DNA of 64,000 nt, taken from positions 45,945 through 109,944 of the forward strand of contig DASUSS010000093.1 of the NCBI GenBank assembly GCA_036374995.1. The letters are read 5' to 3'. Numbering within the stretch: position 1 is the first letter of the stretch; the number at the start of each line of letters is the position of its first letter. Below are positions 25,384 to 33,568 of this stretch, one piece after another. A model generated the notes under the pieces. That model saw only the letters and a program-made list of their open reading frames with translations. It was not told the origin of the DNA and did no database searches. The translations under genes and the position numbers were made by a program. The DNA comes from Longimicrobiales bacterium. GTDB lineage: Bacteria > Gemmatimonadota > Gemmatimonadetes > Longimicrobiales > RSA9.

Positions 25384-26364
25384 TCAACCGCCAAGTGTCG
25401 TAGATTCCGCCCATTCCGCAGCTTGAGCCAGGTCCGGCGGGAGCGGCGAATCGAAGCGCAGCTCCTCATCGGTGCGGGGGTGGCGGAAGCGGAGCCGGGC
25501 AGCGTGGAGGAACTGGCGCGGCACCCGTTTCGCCAGCTCGGCCGCCCAGCGACGATCCGGCCCGCTCATGCCGCGCTCCGCATGCGCGCCGTAGGTCCGG
25601 TCGCCGACCACCGGATGTCCGATGTGCGCCAGATGGACGCGGATCTGGTGCGTGCGTCCTGTCTCCAGCTCGGCCTGGATCAGATCGGCGGCGCGCCAGC
25701 GGGCGACGCGGCGGAGCCGGGTGCGCGCACTGCGGCCCTCCGGCACGACGCCCATGCGCTTGCGGTCGGTGCGTGCGCGGCCGATCGGCGCCTCCACGAC
25801 GAGCGTGTCCTGAGCCAGGTGGCCCCACGCGGCCGCGAGATAGATGCGGCGCACCTCGCGGCGCTTGAGGGCGGTCGACAGCCGGCGGTGCGCGAGGTCG
25901 TGCTTGGCCACGATGAGCAGGCCCGACGTATCGCGGTCCAGCCGGTGCACGATGCCGGGCCGGAGCACACCGCCGATGCCCGACAGGTCGCGCACGTGGT
26001 GCAGCAGCGCATTCACCAGCGTGCCGGAAGCGTGTCCCGGTGCGGGATGCACGACGAGCCCTGCCGGCTTGTCGATCACGATCAGGTCCTCGTCCTCGTA
26101 AACGATGTTCAGCGGAATGGGCTCGGCCGCGATCGTGCTCGGAACGGCCGGGGGCAGGTCGAGGTCGATCACGTCGCCGGCCGCCACGCGCTGACTCTTG
26201 CGGGCGGGCGTTCCGTTGACGAGGACGCGCCCCTGCTCGAGCAGCTGTGCGGCCCGCGAGCGCGACAGATCGGGGTGATGGGTGGCCAGATATGCGTCGA
26301 TCCGGACGTGGTCCGCGTCCGCGACGACGAGCCGCTGCCGCTCCGCATCAGGGACGTCGCTCAA
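25384..26364 (-). CDS. rluD: RluA-family 23S rRNA pseudouridine synthase RluD
   Basis: N-terminal S4-like region (RIDAYLA...SRSRAAQLLEQGRVLVNG) and catalytic HRLDRDTSGLLIVAK. The start codon is TTG at 26364. Confidence 0.9.
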   Translation of the reverse strand: MSDVPDAERQRLVVADADHVRIDAYLATHHPDLSRSRAAQLLEQGRVLVNGTPARKSQRVAAGDVIDLDLPPAVPSTIAAEPIPLNIVYEDEDLIVIDKPAGLVVHPAPGHASGTLVNALLHHVRDLSGIGGVLRPGIVHRLDRDTSGLLIVAKHDLAHRRLSTALKRREVRRIYLAAAWGHLAQDTLVVEAPIGRARTDRKRMGVVPEGRSARTRLRRVARWRAADLIQAELETGRTHQIRVHLAHIGHPVVGDRTYGAHAERGMSGPDRRWAAELAKRVPRQFLHAARLRFRHPRTDEELRFDSPLPPDLAQAAEWAESTTLGG

Positions 26365-26890
26365 CCCGCTGCTCCTCCTTCCAGAGGGAGAGCGCGAGGA
26401 TGACCGCGCCGGCCGTCACGGCCATGTCGGCCACGTTGAAGACCGGCCAGCGGATCGTGCCGACCCCGACGTCGATGAAGTCGACGACGCCGCTCGTGGA
26501 GCGCACGCGATCGATCAGGTTGCCGATCGCGCCGCCGCAGATGAGCGAGATGGCGACGAGCCGGACGTGGTCGGAGGCGGGCGTGAACCAGTACATCCCG
26601 ACCAGGGCGATGAGCGCGATCATCGAAAGCACGAGGAAGATGCCGCGGGAGTGCTCGCCGAGATGGATGCCGAAGGCGGCGCCCGGATTGTGGATGTAGG
26701 TGAGGCGGACGTAGTCGCCGATCAGGTCCATCTGCTGGTAGAGCATGAAATGCTTCTGCACGAGCAGCTTCGTGCCGATGTCGAGCATCAGCACGCCGAA
26801 CAGTACGGCAATGAACAGGACGGCCTTCGTCCCGCCCCAGACGCGCGCGTCCTCCCGCTCCGCTGTGCTCACGCTCTCCGCGCTCCCCAT
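26348..26890 (-). CDS. lspA: lipoprotein signal peptidase II
   Basis: LspA blocks NPGAAFG, GGAIGNLIDR, VVDFID and PVFNVADMAV. Start at ATG 26890 (MGSAES...), 11 nt after the ileS stop. Confidence 0.9.
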   Translation of the reverse strand: MGSAESVSTAEREDARVWGGTKAVLFIAVLFGVLMLDIGTKLLVQKHFMLYQQMDLIGDYVRLTYIHNPGAAFGIHLGEHSRGIFLVLSMIALIALVGMYWFTPASDHVRLVAISLICGGAIGNLIDRVRSTSGVVDFIDVGVGTIRWPVFNVADMAVTAGAVILALSLWKEEQRVERRP

Positions 26891-26901
26891 CCGCTCCCGG
26901 C

Positions 26902-29900
26902 TCAGCTGCGGCGGAGCGCTATGCGCGCCGCGAGGCCGTCCAGATCGACCTGCTGCACCGCGTCCCGCCACGCGCCGTCCTCTCGATCTCCCGTCGTGAT
27001 GCCGACCGCCAGCGTTTCGCGCATCACGTATTCGGCGTGCTGGTCCAGGGCCCGCATCAGATCCGCATCACCGAAGACCGCCAGCTGGATGCGGTCACTC
27101 ACGTCGAGGCCGGAGTCCTTGCGCAGCCGCTGGATCCGGTTGACGAGCTCGCGCGCGATCCCCTCCAGGCGCAGCGGCTCGTCGATACCCGGATCCAGTG
27201 CGATCGTGCACCCCTCGTCCGACACGACGATCAGCTCGCCGGCCGATTCCTCCACGACCTCGAGGTCACCCGGCTCGAGCGCGTGCTCTGTCCCGCCCAG
27301 TTCGATGCCGATCGGCTCGCCCCGGCCGTATGCGCGCAGCGCCGCGGCGTCGAGCGCGCGGATCCGTTGCGCCGCCTCCTGTGTCCGCGCACCGAACCGC
27401 TTGCCGATCTGGCGGAAATTCGGCTGCGCGCGCAGCGACACCAGCTCACCCGCCGCTTGCAGGAATTGCACCTGCTTCACATTCAGCTCGTCCCGCAGCA
27501 CGTCCAGCAGCTCGGGCGTCATGAGCGTGTCATCCGCGACGACGGCCTGGAGCGTTCCTAGCGGCTGCCGCACCCGGATCCGTACCTCCTCGCGGGCGGA
27601 CCGGCCGAGACGCGCGAGAATGCGCGTGATGCGCATGCCCGCCTCCAGGCGCTCGTCGCGCGGCAGCGGCTCCGGAAACGGTGCGACGTGGACGCTGCCG
27701 CCCGCACAGAGCGCGCGGTGCAGCCAGTCGGCGACGAACGGAGTGAACGGCGCGAGCAGGCGCGCGAGCCCGTGCAGCGCCTCGTGCAGCGTGCGGAACG
27801 CAGCGCGGGTGTCCGCCACGTCTCCACTGCCCCAGAACCGGTCGCGGCTGCGCCGCACGTACCAGTTGGACAGGTCCTCGACGATGAACTCGCCGATCGC
27901 GCGCCCCGCATGCGTCAGCTCGTAGCCGTCGAGATTGCGGCCGACGGTCTCGACCAGCTGACCCAGCCGGGACAGGATCCAGCGATCCATCACGCCGCGT
28001 TCACCCGGTGCGGGGTCGGCATCCGACGGCTGCCAGCCCTCGAGGTTCGCGTACAGTGCGAAGAATCGATACGTGTTCGCGAGCGTGTCGAACGTGCGGC
28101 GGGCCGCATCGCCGAGCGCTGCCGGATCGAACCGCTTTGGCACCCATGGCTGACTCGCGGTGAGGAAATACCACCGTATCGCGTCCACGCCGAACGAATC
28201 GATCGCGTCCCACGGATCCACGACGTTGGCGCGCGACTTCGACATCTTCTGGCCATCGGCATCGAGCACGAGGTCGTTCACCACCACGTTGCGATACGCG
28301 GGCCCCAGGTCGAGCATCGTCGAGATCGCCATGAGCGAGTAGAACCAGCCGCGGGTCTGGTCGACGCCCTCACAGATGAAGTCGGCCGGGAAGTGGCGCC
28401 GGAACTGCGCCTCGTTCTCGAACGGGTAATGCCATTGGGCGTACGGCATGGCACCGGAGTCGAACCAGACGTCCAGCACTTCCGGCGTGCGCCGCATCGT
28501 GCCGCCGCACGCGCACGGGAACGTGATCTCGTCGATGAACGGCTTGTGCGGATCGAACGGCTCGGGCAGCGGGCCCGCGAGCGAGCTCAGCTCATCGAAC
28601 GACCCGATGATCCGCAGGTGCGCGGCATCGGCGTCACACACCCAGAACGGCAGCGGCGTCGCCCAGTAGCGTTCGCGCGAGATCGCCCAGTCGACGTTGC
28701 CCTCGAGCCACTCGCCGAAGCGTCCCGCGCCGACCTCCGGCGGGTGCCAGCCGACCTGCGCGTTGTTCGCAACCATCCGGTCCTTCACCTGCGTCGTCCG
28801 GATGTACCACGAGTCCCGCGCCATGTAGAGCAATGGACTGCGGCAGCGCCAGCAGTGCGGGTACGAGTGGATCTCGAGCGAGTAGCGGAACACGCCGCCG
28901 CGCTCCCGCAGGTCGTCGACGAGGACAGGATCCGCTTCCTTCACGAACCGACCACCGACCAGCGGGATCCCCTCCCTGAACTTCCCCGCATCATCGACCG
29001 GCCGGAACAGCGGCAGTCCGTGCTTCTGCCCCGTTGCAAAGTCATCCGCACCGAACGCCGGCGCGATATGCACGATCCCCGTGCCATCGTCGGCCGTGAC
29101 GAACTCCTCCAGCACGACGCGGAACGCGCTCGCGGCGTCCGGCCCCGCATCGATCACGTCGAACGGGCGGCGGTACTGGACGCCCTCCAGCTCGCGCGCG
29201 GAGAAGCGCCGCACGATCCGCGCATCATCGCCGAAGAGAGCCGGGACGCGCGAGGCGGCGAGGATGAAGGTGCGCGCACTGGCGCGCTCGCCCGAAGATG
29301 CGCCGGCACTCTCTACCGTTGCCTCGACCTCGACGTATTCGATGTCGGGATGCAGCGCGAGCGCGACGTTCGCCGGGAGAGTCCAGGGTGTCGTGGTCCA
29401 CACGAGGAACGCGCGCGAGGGATCGTCCGGCAGCGGCGCCGTGAAGTAGATGGACGGGTCGGCGACATCCTCGTAGCCCTGTGCGACCTCGTGCGAGCTG
29501 AGCGCCGTGCCGCAGCGCGGGCAGTACGGCACGCTCTTGTGCCCGCGATAGATCAGGCCGCGCACGTCGAGCTGCTTCAGGATCCACCACACGCTCTCGA
29601 TGTAGCGCGGCTCGAACGTGACGTAGGGCCGCGAATAGTCGAGCCAGTAGCCGATCCGCTCGGAGAGCCGCTCCCAGTCCTCCTTGTACGTGAACACGCT
29701 CTCGCGGCAGAGCGCATTGAACTTCTCGACTCCGACCTCCTCGATCTGCCGCTTGCCGCTGATCCCGAGCCGCCGCTCCGCCTCGATCTCGACCGGCAAC
29801 CCGTGCGTGTCCCAGCCGGCGATGCGCGTGACGTGCCGGCCCCGCATCGTCTGATACCGGCAGACCGCGTCCTTGATGGTCCTGCTGAGCACGTGATGAA

Positions 29901-30063
29901 TGCCGGGCCGGCCGTTCGCGGTCGGCGGCCCCTCGAAGAAGACGAACTCCTCGCCGCCGGCCGTCCGCTCGAGTGTGCGCCGGAACAGGTCCTCCTCGCG
30001 CCAGCGCGCGAGCACCTGCTCCTCCAGCTCGATCACGCCCGCGGGATACTCCGGATACTTCAT
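26902..30063 (-). CDS. ileS: isoleucine-tRNA ligase (type 2, about 1054 aa)
   Basis: FFEGPPTANGRPGIHHVLSRTIKD (HIGH region), WDTHGLPVE and GQKMSKSRAN (KMSKS). Start at ATG 30063 (MKYPEY), with ATG 30090 as an alternative. The 195-aa ORF prefix is Arg/Ser/Pro-rich and overlaps divIVA. Confidence 0.95.
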   Translation of the reverse strand: MKYPEYPAGVIELEEQVLARWREEDLFRRTLERTAGGEEFVFFEGPPTANGRPGIHHVLSRTIKDAVCRYQTMRGRHVTRIAGWDTHGLPVEIEAERRLGISGKRQIEEVGVEKFNALCRESVFTYKEDWERLSERIGYWLDYSRPYVTFEPRYIESVWWILKQLDVRGLIYRGHKSVPYCPRCGTALSSHEVAQGYEDVADPSIYFTAPLPDDPSRAFLVWTTTPWTLPANVALALHPDIEYVEVEATVESAGASSGERASARTFILAASRVPALFGDDARIVRRFSARELEGVQYRRPFDVIDAGPDAASAFRVVLEEFVTADDGTGIVHIAPAFGADDFATGQKHGLPLFRPVDDAGKFREGIPLVGGRFVKEADPVLVDDLRERGGVFRYSLEIHSYPHCWRCRSPLLYMARDSWYIRTTQVKDRMVANNAQVGWHPPEVGAGRFGEWLEGNVDWAISRERYWATPLPFWVCDADAAHLRIIGSFDELSSLAGPLPEPFDPHKPFIDEITFPCACGGTMRRTPEVLDVWFDSGAMPYAQWHYPFENEAQFRRHFPADFICEGVDQTRGWFYSLMAISTMLDLGPAYRNVVVNDLVLDADGQKMSKSRANVVDPWDAIDSFGVDAIRWYFLTASQPWVPKRFDPAALGDAARRTFDTLANTYRFFALYANLEGWQPSDADPAPGERGVMDRWILSRLGQLVETVGRNLDGYELTHAGRAIGEFIVEDLSNWYVRRSRDRFWGSGDVADTRAAFRTLHEALHGLARLLAPFTPFVADWLHRALCAGGSVHVAPFPEPLPRDERLEAGMRITRILARLGRSAREEVRIRVRQPLGTLQAVVADDTLMTPELLDVLRDELNVKQVQFLQAAGELVSLRAQPNFRQIGKRFGARTQEAAQRIRALDAAALRAYGRGEPIGIELGGTEHALEPGDLEVVEESAGELIVVSDEGCTIALDPGIDEPLRLEGIARELVNRIQRLRKDSGLDVSDRIQLAVFGDADLMRALDQHAEYVMRETLAVGITTGDREDGAWRDAVQQVDLDGLAARIALRRS

Positions 30064-30079
30064 GCGGGGTTGTCGTGGT

Positions 30080-31189
30080 TCACTTTTCATCCTCGAGGAG
30101 CGTCGGCAGCCAGCCATCGTCCTCCGGCTCGTCCGGCTTCGCCGGCTCCTCGGCCACGGCCTCGTCGAGCAGCAGCTCCTCGGCGTCCGGCTCCTCGGGC
30201 GTGAGGCGGTAGCCCGCCGCGGCCGCGTTCCGCAGGAGTGCGAGCGTCTCGGGATCGTCCTCCTCGTCGAGATCGATGTCCTCGCCGTCGTGGCCGGCGT
30301 CGACAAGGTCGAGGTCGGGCATCGACCAGTCCGGCGGGCCGGGCCAGGCGGGTTCCGCCGCGCCCAGGCCGATCGCGCCCGTGACGCCGTCACCCGATTC
30401 CTCCGGTGCGATCGAGTCGTACAACCGCAGCTCCGATCCGCCACCCGAGACCTCCGTCTCGTCCGAGGTCCCCGGCACCACCCCCTCCACCGGAAGGCCC
30501 TCCTCGGCGTGCAGCGTCTCGGACACCAGCTCCGACTCCTCTTCCACGAAGGATTCGGGCTCGAACGGCTCGGGCTCGAACGGCTCCGCCAGCGGCGCGC
30601 TCCCGGGCTCGGCGACCGCGGCCGCGGGCGCAGTCCGCGCGCCCGCACCTCGGACCGGCGAGCCCGTCGTGCGCGTCAGCACGACCAGCTCCGCGAGCTC
30701 TTCCTCGAGGAATGCCCGGTAGCTGGCAAGGAACTCCTGCTGGCGTGCGCGCAGCTGCCGCAGCATCTCCTCTTCGCGCACCCGCTCCTCGCGGATCGAC
30801 GTGAGCACGCGCGAGGACTCCTGCTGGGCCGTGCTGCGCAGCTGTCGGACCTCCTCCTCGACCTGCGCGCGCAGCTGCTCCGCGTGCTGCTCCGCACCGC
30901 GCTTCGCCAGCTCCGCCTCCTTCGTCGCCTGACGCCGCACCTCCTCCCGCATCTCCTGCGCACTCACCAGCGCCTCGGTGAGCGCCCGCTCGCGATCGCG
31001 ATAGTCCGCCACCTGCGCGTTCTGCTGTGCGATCCGCTCCTGCAGCGCCATGTTCTCCCGTACCAGCTGCTCCAGCCGATCGGCTACCAGGTCCAGGAAG
31101 TCATCGACCAGCTCGGCGTCATAGCCCCGCATCGCGCGGCGGAAATCACCCTTCTTCTTCCTGACCTCGAGCGGCGTCAGATCGATCAT
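30080..31189 (-). CDS. divIVA: DivIVA-domain protein with long acidic C-terminal tail
   Basis: MIDLTPLEVRKKKGDFRRAMRGYDAELVDDFLDLVADRLEQL is the DivIVA N-terminal domain plus coiled coil. The C-terminal ~170 aa are Glu/Asp/Pro-rich. ATGA overlap with the yggS stop. Confidence 0.8.
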   Translation of the reverse strand: MIDLTPLEVRKKKGDFRRAMRGYDAELVDDFLDLVADRLEQLVRENMALQERIAQQNAQVADYRDRERALTEALVSAQEMREEVRRQATKEAELAKRGAEQHAEQLRAQVEEEVRQLRSTAQQESSRVLTSIREERVREEEMLRQLRARQQEFLASYRAFLEEELAELVVLTRTTGSPVRGAGARTAPAAAVAEPGSAPLAEPFEPEPFEPESFVEEESELVSETLHAEEGLPVEGVVPGTSDETEVSGGGSELRLYDSIAPEESGDGVTGAIGLGAAEPAWPGPPDWSMPDLDLVDAGHDGEDIDLDEEDDPETLALLRNAAAAGYRLTPEEPDAEELLLDEAVAEEPAKPDEPEDDGWLPTLLEDEK

Positions 31190-31887
31190 TGTGCTCGCTC
31201 CCCGAACAGAACAGTGCCGAGGCGCAGCATCGTGCTGCCTTCCTCGATCGCGATCTCGTATTCGCCGGACATGCCCATCGACAGCTCGGCGCCGCTCAGG
31301 CCGACGTCTTCGTCGCGGCAGCGCTCCAGCAAAGCGCGCGCTCCCGCGAACGTCTTCCGCACCACGGCCGTGTCGTCGGTCAGCGGCGCCATCGTCATGA
31401 GCCCCTCGCACCGCAGGTGCGCAAGCGACGCCACCTGCGCGATCTCGTCCACGGCACGAGCCGCATCGAATCCGCCCTTCGTCTCCTCGCCGGACACGTT
31501 CACCTGGACCAGGCCTCGTACCTCGACGCCGGCACGCTCCGCTTCCAGCGCCAGCTCCCGCGCGAGCCGCAGCGAATCGATCGAGTGGATCATGTCCATC
31601 AGCTGCACCGCCCGCCGCACCTTGTTCCGCTGCAGATGGCCGATCAGGTGCCACCGCACTTCGATCCCGCTCCCCGACACTTCCACCCGCTTCGCTTCGA
31701 GCTCCTGTACGCGGTTCTCTCCGATGTCGTGCAGCCCGCACGCGACGGCGGCGCGAACGGCCTCCGCCGGATGTCCCTTCGTCACCGCCACCACCCGCAC
31801 CGTGTCCGCCCGCCCGACCCGCTCGAGCGCCCGGGAAATCCGCTCCTCCACCCGCTCCAGGTTCGCCCTCAACTGCTCCGTGTACAT
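31186..31887 (-). CDS. yggS: YggS-family pyridoxal-phosphate homeostasis protein
   Basis: RVVAVTKGHPAEAV (PLP Lys), IGENRVQE, WHLIGHLQRNK and MGMSGEY are YggS/PLPBP blocks. Start at ATG 31887 (MYTEQL). Confidence 0.85.
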   Translation of the reverse strand: MYTEQLRANLERVEERISRALERVGRADTVRVVAVTKGHPAEAVRAAVACGLHDIGENRVQELEAKRVEVSGSGIEVRWHLIGHLQRNKVRRAVQLMDMIHSIDSLRLARELALEAERAGVEVRGLVQVNVSGEETKGGFDAARAVDEIAQVASLAHLRCEGLMTMAPLTDDTAVVRKTFAGARALLERCRDEDVGLSGAELSMGMSGEYEIAIEEGSTMLRLGTVLFGERAQ

Positions 31888-32003
31888 GGCGCAATTGTAG
31901 GCCGCATCAGAACAAAGAGCAATCGAAATCTGCCGTACGAAAAAAGGGAGACCGGCCCTTCGACCGGTCTCCCCTGCTGCACGGCAGCGCCCCGACGGTC
32001 GAG

Positions 32004-32669
32004 TTACTTCGCCGAGAACACTACCGGAATCTCCACCCATACCTGAACCTTCTTGTCGCGGTTCAGCGCCGGCGAGAACTTCATCTGCTTCGCGACGGCG
32101 AGCGCGGCCTCATCGAGCGCCGGATAGCCGCTAGATTTCGCGAGCAGCGTCCGCAGCACGGTGCCATCCGTGTCGATGAAGAAGTGCACCGTCGGCTGAC
32201 CGCCGATGCCCGCATCGCGGAGCAGCGGCGGATAGTTGCGAACCAGCACGCGCGAGATCTCATCGCGGTTCAGCAGCTCCGGCCGCACCGTCATGGGCGT
32301 GAACACGGGCGCCGCGGCGAGGTCCCGGTCCCCCGCGGACGCGCTCGGCGGCGGCGGCAGGTTCTCGATCGGGTTCGCATCGAACGTCGTCGGCGCGATC
32401 GTGATGTCCTCGCTGATGTCCGCAGCGCTCACGACCGGCGTGGCCGGGCGTGCGATCTGCTCCGGCGGTGGCGGAATCTTGATGTCATCCGGGATGTCGA
32501 TGGCCTCGAGCGACTCGTTCGAGATCGAGACGTCGGCCGACGACAGCTCCGGGAACACCGCGAACAGCACGAGATGGAACACGGCCGCGCCCGCGATGGA
32601 GTACCAGAACCAGTCGCCGAAGCCGCGCTTGAAGCGCTCATTGGCAGTGTTGAACGTCGATGTCTCCAT
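32004..32669 (-). CDS. tonB: energy transducer TonB
   Basis: N-terminal anchor WFWYSIAGAAVFHLVLFAVF, Pro-rich spacer (KIPPPPEQIARP), and a C-terminal TonB domain (YPPLLRDAGIGGQPTVHFFIDTDGTV...PALNRDKKVQVWV). Confidence 0.75.
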   Translation of the reverse strand: METSTFNTANERFKRGFGDWFWYSIAGAAVFHLVLFAVFPELSSADVSISNESLEAIDIPDDIKIPPPPEQIARPATPVVSAADISEDITIAPTTFDANPIENLPPPPSASAGDRDLAAAPVFTPMTVRPELLNRDEISRVLVRNYPPLLRDAGIGGQPTVHFFIDTDGTVLRTLLAKSSGYPALDEAALAVAKQMKFSPALNRDKKVQVWVEIPVVFSAK

Positions 32670-32671
32670 GT

Positions 32672-33118
32672 CTACCTCCGTTCACGGATCATGCGCTGCT
32701 CCAGGTTCGTGTAGAATGCTACACGAACCGCGCCAGCGGCCTGGAGTTCGCTCAGTACCTGGTCGATCGTCGCGTACGGCACGTCGCGGTCGGAGCGGAG
32801 CATCACGACCATCGCCGTGTTCGCCGCGTACAGCGGCGCAACGACGTTCGACACCTGGTCGGTCGGATACAGCTGATCGTTGATGAAGATCGACCCGTCC
32901 GACTCGATGTACACGTGCAGGACGTCCTTGCGCGGCTGCTCCAGCTTCTCCGTCGCCTCCGCCTCGGGGAACACGACGTCGCGCTTCTGCTCCTTGCGGA
33001 ACGTCGTCGTCACCATGAAGAAGATGAGCAGGAGGAATGCCATGTCGGCCAGCGAGGAGGACGGGATCTCGCTCGCCGCCTTCGACTTCCGCTTCAGTCC
33101 GCCCTTGTTCATTGCCAT
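32672..33118 (-). CDS. exbD: biopolymer transport protein ExbD/TolR
   Basis: 148 aa. SSLADMAFLLLIFFMVTTTF anchor and an ExbD periplasmic domain. Paralogue of the adjacent gene. Confidence 0.85.
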   Translation of the reverse strand: MAMNKGGLKRKSKAASEIPSSSLADMAFLLLIFFMVTTTFRKEQKRDVVFPEAEATEKLEQPRKDVLHVYIESDGSIFINDQLYPTDQVSNVVAPLYAANTAMVVMLRSDRDVPYATIDQVLSELQAAGAVRVAFYTNLEQRMIRERR

Positions 33119-33124
33119 CGGCCG

Positions 33125-33544
33125 CTACTCCAGGACCTGAAGCGAGATCTTGTCCGCACCGGCGCTCTGGAGCTGGTCGAGGACGTCGACCATGAACCGG
33201 TACGGCGCGTTCGGGGCCGTCTTCACGGCCGCGATCAGATTCGGGTTGTTGGCGAACTCCTGGCGCCAGATCGCGCTGATCTCCGACGCGCGCGCCGGCT
33301 GGATCTGCGGGTTCTCGCCGCGCTGGATGTTCACGATCCCGTCCGGCTGCACCATCAGGAACAGGATGTTCTTCGGCGACACCTCGACCTCGTTCTGCGC
33401 CTCCGGCAGCACGATGCTGAGCCCGCGCTCCTCGTCGAACACGGTGGTGACGAGGAAGAACACCAGCAGCAGGAACGCGATGTCCGCCATCGAGGCGGTC
33501 GGGATCTCGCTGTTCGGACGACCCTTCTTTTTCATCAGCGTCAT
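33125..33544 (-). CDS. exbD: biopolymer transport protein ExbD/TolR
   Basis: 139 aa. ASMADIAFLLLVFFLVTTVF anchor and an ExbD fold. Confidence 0.85.
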   Translation of the reverse strand: MTLMKKKGRPNSEIPTASMADIAFLLLVFFLVTTVFDEERGLSIVLPEAQNEVEVSPKNILFLMVQPDGIVNIQRGENPQIQPARASEISAIWRQEFANNPNLIAAVKTAPNAPYRFMVDVLDQLQSAGADKISLQVLE

Positions 33545-33568
33545 GAAAGGCTCTCCGCTCGGTGCTGG

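Noticed and set aside
30064-30648. 195-aa N-terminal extension of the ileS ORF. FtsH, CheA, CheR, TilS, YggS, DivIVA, GlyA and LspA ORFs carry similar prefixes.
   Set aside because: The extensions are Arg/Ser/Pro-rich, overlap the upstream gene in another frame, and precede internal ATGs that give canonical N-termini and tidy ATGA or short-gap junctions.
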